Below, piece by piece: positions 37,299 through 46,156 of a stretch of DNA of 54,443 nt. Each line of letters starts with the position of its first letter. The stretch's first letter is position 1. The position numbers were made by a program, and so were the translations under genes. This stretch comes from Candidatus Parcubacteria bacterium. GTDB taxonomy: Bacteria > Patescibacteriota > Minisyncoccia > Phycocordibacterales > UBA2100. The notes under the pieces were generated by a model. It was not told where the DNA came from. It worked only from the letters and a program-made list of their open reading frames with translations, and did no database searches. The stretch lies in assembly GCA_003599295.1 (NCBI GenBank), contig QZJK01000014.1, forward strand, positions 1 to 54,443, written 5' to 3'.

Positions 37299-38966
37299 CT
37301 ACATCCTCTCGGGTGCCTCGATACCCAAGAGCCAGAGGCCCTTTTTGAGAGTGATGCGCGTTGCGTCCGCAAGCGCGACCTTGTGCGAAGCAGCGGGAGT
37401 GCCGTCGAGGATATGTTCGTTCGCATACCAGCGATTGAATGCCGAAGCGAAAGCGACCAAATAGTTCGCGACCAGCTGCGGCTCGAGATTTTTCGCCGCG
37501 CGCTCCACGATATCGGGGAATCGTGCGAGAAGCCGCGCAACTTCGCTCGGCTCCGCCGCAGGATTAACGTTAGCCTCCACTTTTTGCTCGCGTGCTTTCT
37601 CCACTATCGCCTGCGCTCGCGCGTGCGCATACTGGATATACGGACCTGAATCACCTTCAAGCGAAAGCGCTTGTTCGCGGTTAAAGATGATATCTTTTCC
37701 AGTCGCTTGTCGGAGGATTTGATATTTCACTGCTGCGACTGCTATCTGTTCCGCCAATCTGTCAGCATCTTCTGCACGGCTTTCCTTCGCACGTTCGCGT
37801 GCCGCTTCCGAGAGATCGGCGATGAGTGATTCGCCAGTGATGACATTCCCTGTGCGAGAAGACATCTTCCCGACTTCAAGCCGCATCATGCCGTGCGGGA
37901 CATGCGTCGTCTTCTTTGCGAGATCCGGAAACACGTCATTCATCGCGGCAAGCAAGACTTTGAAATATTCAATGATCTCATTTCCCGTCACAATGAACGA
38001 TTGGTCGTACGGAAATTTTTCGTACTTCATTTTAGAAAGCCCGAGCTCTTTCGCTTCGTACGTCGGGAGGCCTTCCGAATTCAAGAAGACCCGTGTGTGG
38101 AGACCCTTTTTTTCTCCTTCGTACACCGTCGCACCGTCGCTTTCCTTAAAGACACCGTCTTTGATGTGAGCTAGGACGACTTCTTTGCCGAACGGACCAG
38201 CCTCGCTTTCGAAGAAATAAAAATCGAACTTCGTACCAAGAATTGCATACAACATCTCGAAATGGTCGAGAGATGTCTTCCTGCCTCGGTCATAGAGGTC
38301 GTTAATCTTCTCATCGCTCCGATCATATACCTCCCTGTTTATCGCCGTAATCTCGGCCTTCGCGACCGAGCCATCTATATCCGCCTTCGCTCCTGCAGCG
38401 TATGCGCGCCCGAGCGCTTTCACGTCTTCAGGAGATTCCCCGCTTTGTATGAGGCCCCATATCGCGCGGGCGACGTGCCTGCCCACATCGCCCTGATAGT
38501 TCGCGCGCTTCACGTCTGCCCCCGCATAGACAAAAAGACGGGAAATGGATTCCCCTATCGTATTCGTCACGAGGTGCCCTATATGAAATTCTTTGAAAGG
38601 ATTCGGGTCGGTGTATTCGACTATCGTCTTCTTTCCTTTTTCATTTTCGTTCGCACCCCACGTGTCGGAGCTCCGCGCTTCTTCAAGCACGGCAGCGAAC
38701 GTTTCCGGCGCAAGATAAAAGTTGATGAATCCCGCGCCGGCGATCTCGACTTTCGAGATGCCTCCTATCTTGCCAGCTTCAGCTACGATCTTTTCCGCAA
38801 GCTCACGCGGCTTCATGCCTGTCTGTTTTGCATGGCGAAGCGCGGCCCCGGTCGCATAGTCGCCGTTCTCCAATTCTCCCGGGTGTTCAAGTGTGGCTTC
38901 CTCGGGAATTCCGAGCGTTTGGAACGCGCGCGAAAGTGCGTCTCGTATTGATTGGGCCGCATCCAT
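37299..38966 (-). CDS. argS: Arginine--tRNA ligase
   Basis: EYTDPNPFKEFHIGH, KMSSRTG, GDSGPYIQYAHAR, LGIEAPERM. Confidence 0.97.
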   Translation of the reverse strand: MDAAQSIRDALSRAFQTLGIPEEATLEHPGELENGDYATGAALRHAKQTGMKPRELAEKIVAEAGKIGGISKVEIAGAGFINFYLAPETFAAVLEEARSSDTWGANENEKGKKTIVEYTDPNPFKEFHIGHLVTNTIGESISRLFVYAGADVKRANYQGDVGRHVARAIWGLIQSGESPEDVKALGRAYAAGAKADIDGSVAKAEITAINREVYDRSDEKINDLYDRGRKTSLDHFEMLYAILGTKFDFYFFESEAGPFGKEVVLAHIKDGVFKESDGATVYEGEKKGLHTRVFLNSEGLPTYEAKELGLSKMKYEKFPYDQSFIVTGNEIIEYFKVLLAAMNDVFPDLAKKTTHVPHGMMRLEVGKMSSRTGNVITGESLIADLSEAARERAKESRAEDADRLAEQIAVAAVKYQILRQATGKDIIFNREQALSLEGDSGPYIQYAHARAQAIVEKAREQKVEANVNPAAEPSEVARLLARFPDIVERAAKNLEPQLVANYLVAFASAFNRWYANEHILDGTPAASHKVALADATRITLKKGLWLLGIEAPERM

Positions 38967-39057
38967 AGCCCGTATTGTACCCGGTTAGTAGATGTTGGCG
39001 AAAGTGTTTTCTTGAGGCATTCTTTCTGAGAAACACCGCTGACAAAAATTAAAAGCC

Positions 39058-39130
39058 TCGGGTTCATTAACGACTGCGTCTGCCGGCATGCCGTGCAGAC
39101 GCCTCGCCAACATTCACTACCGGGGTTGCT
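39058..39130 (-). other. Long hairpin or terminator element downstream of rplK
   Basis: GCGTCTGC/GCAGACGC core extended by GTTGGCGA/TCGTTAAT; a T-rich tail follows on the minus strand. Confidence 0.5.
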
Positions 39131-39141
39131 CTTCGCGGAAC

Positions 39142-39564
39142 CTAGAGTTCCGAATCAATGCCCATCGAGCGGGCCGTGCCGGCGATTATCTTTTTCGCCT
39201 GCTCTGTGTCGTTCGCGTTCAAATCTTCCATCTTCTCCTCGGCTATTTCTTGGAGCTGCTGTTTCGTAAGTTTGCCGACTTTGTTCTGCGCTTTCTGTGA
39301 ACCCTTCTCCATGTTGAGCTTTTTAAGGATGAGACGCGACGCCGGCGGCTTCTTGACGACGAAGTCGAAGCTGCGGTCGTTGTAGACCTTCATGAGGACC
39401 GGCACAATGTTGCCCGCCATCGGCCTCGTCTGGTCGTTGAATTGCTTGACGAATTCTGCGATGTTCACACCAGCGGGGCCGAGGACGGTCCCAACAGGCG
39501 GCGCAGGCGTCGCGGCGCCCGCTTGAATCTGAAGTTTTATGAGTTTAACGACTTGTTTGGCCAT
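39142..39564 (-). CDS. rplK: 50S ribosomal protein uL11
   Basis: [22 protein letters not shown]...[12 protein letters not shown]. Confidence 0.98.
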   Translation of the reverse strand: MAKQVVKLIKLQIQAGAATPAPPVGTVLGPAGVNIAEFVKQFNDQTRPMAGNIVPVLMKVYNDRSFDFVVKKPPASRLILKKLNMEKGSQKAQNKVGKLTKQQLQEIAEEKMEDLNANDTEQAKKIIAGTARSMGIDSEL

Positions 39565-39571
39565 ACAAATT

Positions 39572-39613
39572 AGTATCTAGTATCTGGTATCTGGTATACA
39601 GTATCTCGTATAA
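39572..39613. repeat. Heptamer tandem repeat (RGTATCT-like x6)
   Basis: AGTATCT AGTATCT GGTATCT GGTATAC AGTATCT CGTATAA. Confidence 0.8.
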
Positions 39614-39618
39614 TTGAA

Positions 39619-40161
39619 TTAAACTCTTTGGACCTGGTCGGCCTCCAATTCAACCGGCGTCTCGCGGCCGAACATCGGAACCAATACCTTAACCTTTCCG
39701 CGCTCTTCGTCAATCTCGCCGACTTTCCCTTCAAGGTCCTTGAAGGGGCCGTCAATGATGCTGACCGCGTCGCCTTCGGAGAGGTCTATCGCGTGGCGGA
39801 CGGTGTCGCCCTCCGTGCGTTTGAGGATTTTCTCCGCTTCTTCGGGTGAGAGCGGCACCGCCTGATTTGCCGTGCCGACAAATCCGGTAACTTGCGGAGT
39901 ATTGCGCACGACGCTCCATGCATCATCGGTCGCTATCATGTCGACCATGACGTAGCCGGGGAATATCTTTTCGCGCACTTCCGTGCGGCGGCCGTTCTTT
40001 ATCTTTATTTTCTTCTCCGTCGGCACAACGACATTGAATATTTTCTCTTTCATGCCAAAAGATTCAACGCGCTGTTTGAGATTGCGCGCGACGGCGTCTT
40101 CATAGCCGGAATACGTGTGAATGGCGTACCACTGGCGTTCCTGTCCGTGTGTTTGCTTCAT
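39619..40161 (-). CDS. nusG: Transcription termination/antitermination factor NusG
   Basis: WYAIHTYSGYE, FPGYV, VRNTP.VTGFVG, KOW motif GPF, MFGRETPVEL. Confidence 0.98.
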   Translation of the reverse strand: MKQTHGQERQWYAIHTYSGYEDAVARNLKQRVESFGMKEKIFNVVVPTEKKIKIKNGRRTEVREKIFPGYVMVDMIATDDAWSVVRNTPQVTGFVGTANQAVPLSPEEAEKILKRTEGDTVRHAIDLSEGDAVSIIDGPFKDLEGKVGEIDEERGKVKVLVPMFGRETPVELEADQVQRV

Positions 40162-40412
40162 AGCTGGGTCGTTGTCGCCGAAACGGGCGTTGACGTCGCT
40201 TCAGGGACGAACGCGGGCGTATTTTGCGGCAAGATCTCGATCACGCGTGCGAGACCCGTCGTGAAGACGTAGTCGAAAAAGCCGAGGTAGAGCGAGACAA
40301 GTATCGACAACGCGATAACAAGTATCGTGTAGATGATGGTCTGCATCCGCGTCGGCCACGCGACGTGATTCAATTCACTGCGCGTGTCTTTCAGGTATTG
40401 AATGAAGGACAT
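40158..40412 (-). CDS. secE: Preprotein translocase subunit SecE
   Basis: EL..V.WPT followed by a TM; secE-nusG-rplK order. Confidence 0.95.
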   Translation of the reverse strand: MSFIQYLKDTRSELNHVAWPTRMQTIIYTILVIALSILVSLYLGFFDYVFTTGLARVIEILPQNTPAFVPEATSTPVSATTTQL

Positions 40413-40445
40413 GGTTCGTGGAGTATAGAGGAATAATTGGCAATT

Positions 40446-40855
40446 TAAAAACCCCTCCCGGGGCTTAAAAAGATAATACTCTTTTGGTTTCTAAAGTCAA
40501 GCTGAGACTGGAAGTCGAGAGGGGGTGTATGCATCCACCGCCTCTCGACTCCTCTTGAAGTATGGGGACATGCCCTACGAGCCCAGATTTCCTTGCCTTG
40601 AGGTTCCCCGGATGTTTCGCCCACAGCTATGGCATACGCCCGTGGGAGTAATAGGAATCTTAGGGTCCCTACGCTTGCACCCTCGTCAACGGCCACAGAC
40701 CAGTTCACCCTATTTCGGAAGGGTGCCCGAACGAACTGATGTGCTTTAGGAAAGAGCCTGGGTGTCGCGACGATCCTCCTTCCAACGGCAAAGGTCTTGC
40801 AAACGGGGGAACGCCCCGTCCTAACCGTGAGACGCCGCCATTGTGTCACGGTCCA
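40446..40855 (-). ncRNA. Candidate OLE-like RNA, shortened (~410 nt)
   Basis: Ordered OLE-like blocks GACACAAUGGCGGCGUC, GCAAGACCUUUGCC, AUAGGGUGAACUG, GGGACCCUAAGAUUCCUAUUACU, GGGGAACCU, UCCAGUCU, UAGAAACC; own promoter and terminator. Confidence 0.75.
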
Positions 40856-40861
40856 CGGCGA

Positions 40862-40889
40862 ACTATAGGTAGTTTAGCGTCCTCGTCAA
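40862..40889 (-). promoter_or_regulatory. sigma70 promoter of the OLE-like RNA
   Basis: TTGACG (40889-40884)-16 nt-TATAGT (40867-40862). Confidence 0.8.
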
Positions 40890-40890
40890 C

Positions 40891-41706
40891 TTACCGAATC
40901 TCGTACGTCACACTCACGTTGGATGTGATTTTGTTCTCGCCGACAGGAAGCTCTGGAATGGCTTTTACTGATTCTGCGCGGACTGCCGCATCACCACCCA
41001 TACCGTATGCGTACGGCACAGGGTATCCACCCTCATTCTCATAGAACCCGGTCACGCGGACGATAGTGACCCCAAGCTGCTCGGCGAGCGCCGTTGCTTT
41101 TGCTTGTGCATCCTCGATGGCCATACCGCGCGCCTCGGCCTGCAGTTCGTCTTCATCATCAATCGTGAACGAGAGGCCGGATACTTGCGAGGCACCGCGT
41201 GAACCGACTCCAGAGAGAAGCTCTCCCGCCTTTTCCGTGTCGCGCACTTTAACCGTCAGTGTCTGGCTTACCTGGAAGCCGCGAAGTTCCTGGCGCCCCG
41301 GGGGACAAATACCTTCACGACAGACGTCCTGAATGTAATCGTACTGCGGATACACGCTGTAATCCGTTGTCTTGATATCCTTCTCGTCTATTCCCGCTTC
41401 CTTGAGATACGCGATGATGGCATTCGCCTTTTCTGTCGCAGTCTCTTGGGCATCTTGCACCTCTTTCGCTTCCTCCTGGACGGTCACGCTGAACGTGGCG
41501 GTGTCAGGCACGGCGAACACTTCGCCTTCACCCGAAACGGTGATGGTGTTCGTCGCGGGTACACCGGTCCCGATGTACCGAAGGCCCTTGAATTCACCTA
41601 TCGCCGCTATCAATAAAAAGACCGCCAATACGCCAAGGGCGGCGGCGGCCATCATGCGCGGCCAATGAGTTGCATTGATAATCTTATTCACGTTCTGCTC
41701 GTCCAT
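40891..41706 (-). CDS. SIMPL domain (DUF541) protein
   Basis: TITVSGEGEV...PD.A, GIDEKDIKT, A...AI.DA.AKA..LA..LG; C-terminal V.VTYEIR. Confidence 0.93.
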   Translation of the reverse strand: MDEQNVNKIINATHWPRMMAAAALGVLAVFLLIAAIGEFKGLRYIGTGVPATNTITVSGEGEVFAVPDTATFSVTVQEEAKEVQDAQETATEKANAIIAYLKEAGIDEKDIKTTDYSVYPQYDYIQDVCREGICPPGRQELRGFQVSQTLTVKVRDTEKAGELLSGVGSRGASQVSGLSFTIDDEDELQAEARGMAIEDAQAKATALAEQLGVTIVRVTGFYENEGGYPVPYAYGMGGDAAVRAESVKAIPELPVGENKITSNVSVTYEIR

Positions 41707-41826
41707 ATGTATAAATAGACACTGGATTAAGCCAATAATAGGTAACGTCATTATAACGCCCTTCAGGACTATGACGTTCGGATGAAGACGCCATTACAGT
41801 GCACGAAAGCGGTATACTAGAAAACT

Positions 41827-42408
41827 ATGGGTATTGAATTTCTCATACAGCTTCTCCTCACCTACAAGTATGCGATCATCGCACCGGCGGTATTCGTTAT
41901 CGGCGCTCCTGTAAGCCTTGTCGCCGGAGTACTCCTTCGGCTCGACGTACTCGAACTCATTCCCACCAGTCTCATGCTTGCGGTGGGAGAACTCGCGGCG
42001 GACGTCCTGTGGTATTGGCTCGGAATGCGATATGGAGACTCTTTTACGGAGCGCTACGGAAAATATGTCGGCATCACGAGCGCATCCGTCGCGTATACGA
42101 AACAGCTCTTTGAACGTCACCACGACGTTATTATCTTCACTTCGAAGATCACTGCGGGTCTCGGTTTCGGAACGGTCATCATGTTCACTGCTGGGCTTTC
42201 CCGCGTTCCGTTCCGCCGCTACATGATGTTGAACATTGCCGGACAATTCCTCTGGACGGCGAGTCTTCTTGCCATAGGGTATTCTCTGGGCCATCTTTTT
42301 ATCGACGTCAGCAATATTTTCGAAAAAATGGCGCTCGTCGCACTTGCAGTCATAATCCTTGCCTCCATCATAGGATTCGGCCGTTACTTGCGCACACTCT
42401 TCTATTGA
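41827..42408 (+). CDS. DedA/VTT family membrane protein
   Basis: GELAAD.LWYWLG..YG, F..K...GLG, AGLSRVPFRRY. Confidence 0.88.
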   Translation: MGIEFLIQLLLTYKYAIIAPAVFVIGAPVSLVAGVLLRLDVLELIPTSLMLAVGELAADVLWYWLGMRYGDSFTERYGKYVGITSASVAYTKQLFERHHDVIIFTSKITAGLGFGTVIMFTAGLSRVPFRRYMMLNIAGQFLWTASLLAIGYSLGHLFIDVSNIFEKMALVALAVIILASIIGFGRYLRTLFY

Positions 42409-42421
42409 GCGCCGCTTGTGC

Positions 42422-43453
42422 ATGAAGAAACTTCTTCTTGTAACCGATGCGTGGCACCCGCAGGTGAATGGTGTTGTCAGCAGCTACGACAGAATGAACG
42501 AACAGCTGCCGAAACTCGGGTATGAGGTGTCGGTGATACACCCCGGCCTTTTCAGGACAATGTCGCTCCCCAGTTATCCGGAGATCCGGCTCGCTCTCTT
42601 CCCCCGTAAGCGTCTTGCGAAGATGTTCGCTGATATGGAACCTGACGCGGTGCACATCGCGGTAGAGGGTCCACTCGGCCTCGCGGCGCGGGCACTCTGC
42701 CGAAAAAAGAACATACCGTTCACGACCTGTTATCACACGCATTTCCAGATATACCTCGCGTCCCGCGGTTTGCGGTTGCTGACGCCCGTCGCGTATATAT
42801 ACCTCCGGTGGTTCCACAACGGCGGAACTCGGACGATGGTCGCGACGGAGAGCTTAAAACAAGAGCTGGAGGCGCACGGTTTTAGGAACATTGCCTTGTG
42901 GCCGCTCGGTGTAGATACGGCATTCTTCAAACGAAATCCTTCCCCGGCCCTTCCGCCTCTTCCTAAACCCGTCTTCGTTTTTTTCAGCCGTCTCGCGTCT
43001 GAAAAAAATCCGGAAGAATTCTTCCAGCTCGATCTGCCGGGAACGAAGCTTGTCATCGGAGACGGCCCCGAGCGAAAACGTCTTGAGGACGCATACGGAA
43101 AGACTCACCGTTTCGTCGGCTATAAGCGCGGTCAAGAGCTTATAGATTGGCTTTCGCTCTGCGACGTCTCTGTCTTTCCGTCGCGAAGCGAGACGTTCGG
43201 CCTCGTAGTCGTAGAAACGCTTGCGTGCGGTATTCCTGTCGCGGCGCATGACTGTCAGGGACCGCGCGACATCATTACGAACGGCGTTGATGGTTACCTA
43301 GGGGAAGATTTAAAAGAGGGTGCGATGAAATGCCTCGAACTGAGCCGCGAAGATTGCCGAAAAAAAGCGCTTGCTTACACTTGGGAGCGTTCCGCGGAAG
43401 CCTTCGCCGAGCTCTTGGCGCTGACCAAGCGGGATAGCCGAAGCATTGCGTAG
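42422..43453 (+). CDS. GT4 family glycosyltransferase
   Basis: VTDAWHPQVNGVV, HIAVEGPLG, RL..EKN, FPSRSETFGLVVVE..ACG.PV. Confidence 0.93.
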   Translation: MKKLLLVTDAWHPQVNGVVSSYDRMNEQLPKLGYEVSVIHPGLFRTMSLPSYPEIRLALFPRKRLAKMFADMEPDAVHIAVEGPLGLAARALCRKKNIPFTTCYHTHFQIYLASRGLRLLTPVAYIYLRWFHNGGTRTMVATESLKQELEAHGFRNIALWPLGVDTAFFKRNPSPALPPLPKPVFVFFSRLASEKNPEEFFQLDLPGTKLVIGDGPERKRLEDAYGKTHRFVGYKRGQELIDWLSLCDVSVFPSRSETFGLVVVETLACGIPVAAHDCQGPRDIITNGVDGYLGEDLKEGAMKCLELSREDCRKKALAYTWERSAEAFAELLALTKRDSRSIA

Positions 43454-44109
43454 TTTTGACGAAGTACCTCCACCGGAGAAATTACTTTGAGTATGTCGCG
43501 GACCATTCCCAATTCTTTGAGAGTTCCTCTCCACCAGCCGATCTTCGCTTTTTTACGGAAGTTAATGAGATTATCGAGGCGAACGATGGCGATGCGCATG
43601 CGCTTTGCAATAATGTGTTTATTCATGAATGATTCCACACCGAAATGCGACAGACGCCGGATCTCTTCGGCGTGGTCGGTTATCAGCGTTCGAGGAAGCA
43701 CGCGCTCGCCGGAAACAAAATCAATGCCGATAGCTTTGTAGAGCGGCAGACTATTGCCGCGTAAAGACATCGAAAAATCCGCCCTGCCCCCGAGCACGGG
43801 TTCAATAAGGGCTGAAATGTTGTCTCTCGTCAGATTCCTCAGATCCGCATCAAGCATGAGGATGAATTCTCCGGACGACGCGGCGACCCCGCGCACAAGT
43901 GAGGCGCTTTTGCCCATGTTTACTTCATTTATGACGAGCTTCACGCTCGAAAAAGTGCGAACAACTTCCGCCGTCCCATCGCTCGAACCGTCATCGACGA
44001 CGACGACTTCTGATACGAGCGGATGCCCCTCCACGGCTTTCAAGACATCGCCGATCCGCTCCGCCTCGTTGAATGCGGCGATTACGCAGGAGACGGTTCG
44101 TTGATTCAT
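43375..44109 (-). CDS. GT2 family glycosyltransferase
   Basis: SCVIAAFNE, VVDDGSSDGT, N.GK, MLDAD; 3' end overlaps the convergent GT4 gene by 79 nt. Confidence 0.92.
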   Translation of the reverse strand: MNQRTVSCVIAAFNEAERIGDVLKAVEGHPLVSEVVVVDDGSSDGTAEVVRTFSSVKLVINEVNMGKSASLVRGVAASSGEFILMLDADLRNLTRDNISALIEPVLGGRADFSMSLRGNSLPLYKAIGIDFVSGERVLPRTLITDHAEEIRRLSHFGVESFMNKHIIAKRMRIAIVRLDNLINFRKKAKIGWWRGTLKELGMVRDILKVISPVEVLRQNYAMLRLSRLVSAKSSAKASAERSQV

Positions 44110-44151
44110 TATCAGTAATTATATACCGACCCACGAGCTGATATTATCCAG

Positions 44152-44224
44152 GGCGATCGCCGGGAATTGAACCCGGATTGAGAGCTCCACAAGCTCCAGT
44201 GTTGACCGTTACACCACGATCGCC
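44152..44224 (-). tRNA. tRNA-His(GTG), encoded G-1, CCA not encoded
   Basis: Cloverleaf GCGATCG/CGATCGC; anticodon loop TT-GTG-GA; T-loop TTCAATT. Confidence 0.95.
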
Positions 44225-44274
44225 ATACGGCAAACACTCAAGTTATATCAAACGAAGCCTTCTTAAGCGAGGAA

Positions 44275-45372
44275 TTACAAAGTCTTTTCTTCAAGCGCGA
44301 CCGGTTGGGGAACGTTTATAACGGTGAATGAGATTCTCCCGACCACCTGCCCGTATGGCGTCAATACGTTCACGCGCCACTTTCCTTCAAGCGGATTTGC
44401 CGTGATGGAGTATCCTCGGTAGCCGCCATCGCGGCCACCGATCACTCCGAATTTCACTATCGAGATAGTGTCCCACTCGCCTGTTTCTGGGTTCCGATTC
44501 TGCCACTCGTGCGTGAGCGTCGTCGAGAGGCCGGAAGGCGCAAAGATGGCGCTGAATGCGTAGATGGACTCACCGGGCGCACGGTGGAACACTTTACCGA
44601 ACGGTACGTACTTCCTGTACCAGGTGGTGGGTTCGTACAGTGCTCGATACTCACCGTCCACTCTTTCTATGTGGTGATACACGCCGGCATCTTTTTGCGC
44701 CAAGGGAAGGGGCGGTATGGCGTTAGTGAAGTAGAGCGCAGAAAAGATGAGAAAAATGGCGCCCACGCTCCTAGCGATAGTTTTCCGATTGGCATCTACC
44801 AATTCCGGCAGTATCCGCCGAGCTCCCAGTACGTAGAGCACGATAAGCGCAATGCTTATGGCGCTACTCACGAGGAACATCTCGGGACTAATGCGTTTGA
44901 AAATGAGCGGCGCGAGAAAAATGAAAAAACCGAGGAACGATACGAAGAGGACACCGGTCTGGAACGAAAAGCTTCTGTAACGGCGCCGGAACCTCTCATT
45001 CCCAATGAGAAGAAGGGCAAGTACCGCAACGGATATCCAACTGACGGCGGCGGCCGCGCTCTCGCTGTAGAGAACGAAGAACCCGCTAAAAATACCTCCA
45101 AATGCGAACTGCACAACGACAGGCAGAAATGGTGCGACGCGCAGGACAAACGCATGTCGTACTCTCCCTGCTTCAACTAAATTGACCGCAAGAATGCCGA
45201 CGACCGCAACAATGAGATACAGTGTGAGCGCGAGCGTCATCGTGAAAAGGTCGATGGCGCGGAAAATAATATTGTCTGCGACAAAACCTGCGAGGAGCGA
45301 GAGGGGTGCTACGTAGCGCTCATACCACTGTATAAGCTCTTCAGTACTCTTTGGTAAATAACGTCGTATCAT
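44275..45372 (-). CDS. Membrane protein with C-terminal DUF2914 domain
   Basis: About 7 TMs; IPPLPL; AFSAIFAP; GGRDGGYRGYS; G.WRV.V.T..GQ..GR. Confidence 0.85.
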   Translation of the reverse strand: MIRRYLPKSTEELIQWYERYVAPLSLLAGFVADNIIFRAIDLFTMTLALTLYLIVAVVGILAVNLVEAGRVRHAFVLRVAPFLPVVVQFAFGGIFSGFFVLYSESAAAAVSWISVAVLALLLIGNERFRRRYRSFSFQTGVLFVSFLGFFIFLAPLIFKRISPEMFLVSSAISIALIVLYVLGARRILPELVDANRKTIARSVGAIFLIFSALYFTNAIPPLPLAQKDAGVYHHIERVDGEYRALYEPTTWYRKYVPFGKVFHRAPGESIYAFSAIFAPSGLSTTLTHEWQNRNPETGEWDTISIVKFGVIGGRDGGYRGYSITANPLEGKWRVNVLTPYGQVVGRISFTVINVPQPVALEEKTL

Positions 45373-45935
45373 GGCTGGTCGCGATACTTAGGCGGATTTT
45401 CCGATACTCCCGCACGATGGTTCGCAAGGCGGGTCAATGCATAAAATAATGACGATAAGCGATTCGCATAGGCGCGGCTTGTTTCCGATACGACCCTGTC
45501 TCCTGATTCGTGCACGGTGACGAGTCGGCGCTCGGCGCGGCGCGAGACCGCGCGCGTCACGTCGAGACGTGCGGAAAATTCCGTGCCGCCCGGAACGAAA
45601 AAGGTCTTTATTTCCGGCAGCTCTTTTTCGATGCCGTTTATGCACGCCGACAACGCCTCCACGCTTGTCAGTGGCACCGACTTCGCCGCGCCCGCGACTT
45701 CCGCCTGAATCGTAAAAAGATGGTCTTGCACGTCGTGAAGCAGCGTCTTCACCTGTTCATTTCCCACGAGAAAATCCGGAGGCGCCGCGACCTTGCACCA
45801 GCCGACAAGCGTATTCAATTCATCGAGCTGGCCGAGGCATTCAAACATCGGCGATGATTTCGACACGCGTACGCCCTGCGGTGAATCGAATAGTTTCGTC
45901 GTTCCCCCGTCGCCTTTTCCCGTGAAGAGAGCCAT
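45369..45935 (-). CDS. PduO-type ATP:cob(I)alamin adenosyltransferase
   Basis: LFTGKGDGGTT, G..DELN, F..PGG, RAVSRRAER, Y.NRLSS. Start MALFTG is 6 nt after TATGAT. Confidence 0.9.
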   Translation of the reverse strand: MALFTGKGDGGTTKLFDSPQGVRVSKSSPMFECLGQLDELNTLVGWCKVAAPPDFLVGNEQVKTLLHDVQDHLFTIQAEVAGAAKSVPLTSVEALSACINGIEKELPEIKTFFVPGGTEFSARLDVTRAVSRRAERRLVTVHESGDRVVSETSRAYANRLSSLFYALTRLANHRAGVSENPPKYRDQP

Positions 45936-45969
45936 GCGGCAATCATAGCAAAAAGCGGGATAACGCTTT

Positions 45970-46156
45970 GTGCGCAGGGGGAGACTCGCCCGCGACTCAA
46001 AGCTGGCCGTCGCTCGCTTTGGTCTGGGCACCGCCTCACTGCGCCGCAAGCTTGCGGCGCATCGCTCCGGCGTTCGAGTCTCCCACGAAACATGAGTCAT
46101 CACGTTTCTCCTGTCGCAAACGCAAAAAGCCCGACAAAAGTCGGACTTCTTGGCGT
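45970..46156 (-). repeat. tRNA-linked repeat element downstream of tRNA-Leu
   Basis: 19-bp direct copy of the tRNA 3' end (45970-45988 = 46159-46177); inverted T-arm copy (46072-46084); perfect palindrome at 46040-46061. Confidence 0.8.
46124..46148 (-). terminator. Terminator after tRNA-Leu
   Basis: AAGTCCGAC-TTTT-GTCGGGCTTTTT on the minus strand. Confidence 0.75.

Noticed and set aside
39572-39613. CRISPR array
   Set aside because: 7-bp tandem units with no spacers and no cas genes; no CRISPR-like array anywhere in the window.
40445-40849. 134-aa ORF, or RNase P RNA / tmRNA, as the explanation of this gap
   Set aside because: The ORF lacks protein-like features. The RNase P GAGGAAAGUCC motif and tmRNA tRNA-like ends are absent, whereas OLE-like blocks are present.
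45970-46090. Second, intron-containing tRNA-Leu
   Set aside because: Only the 3' 19 nt and an inverted T-arm are present; there is no D-arm or anticodon arm.
45936-46103. 56-aa N-terminal extension of the adenosyltransferase
   Set aside because: It reads through the tRNA-linked repeat; family homology and the -10 box support the start at 45935.
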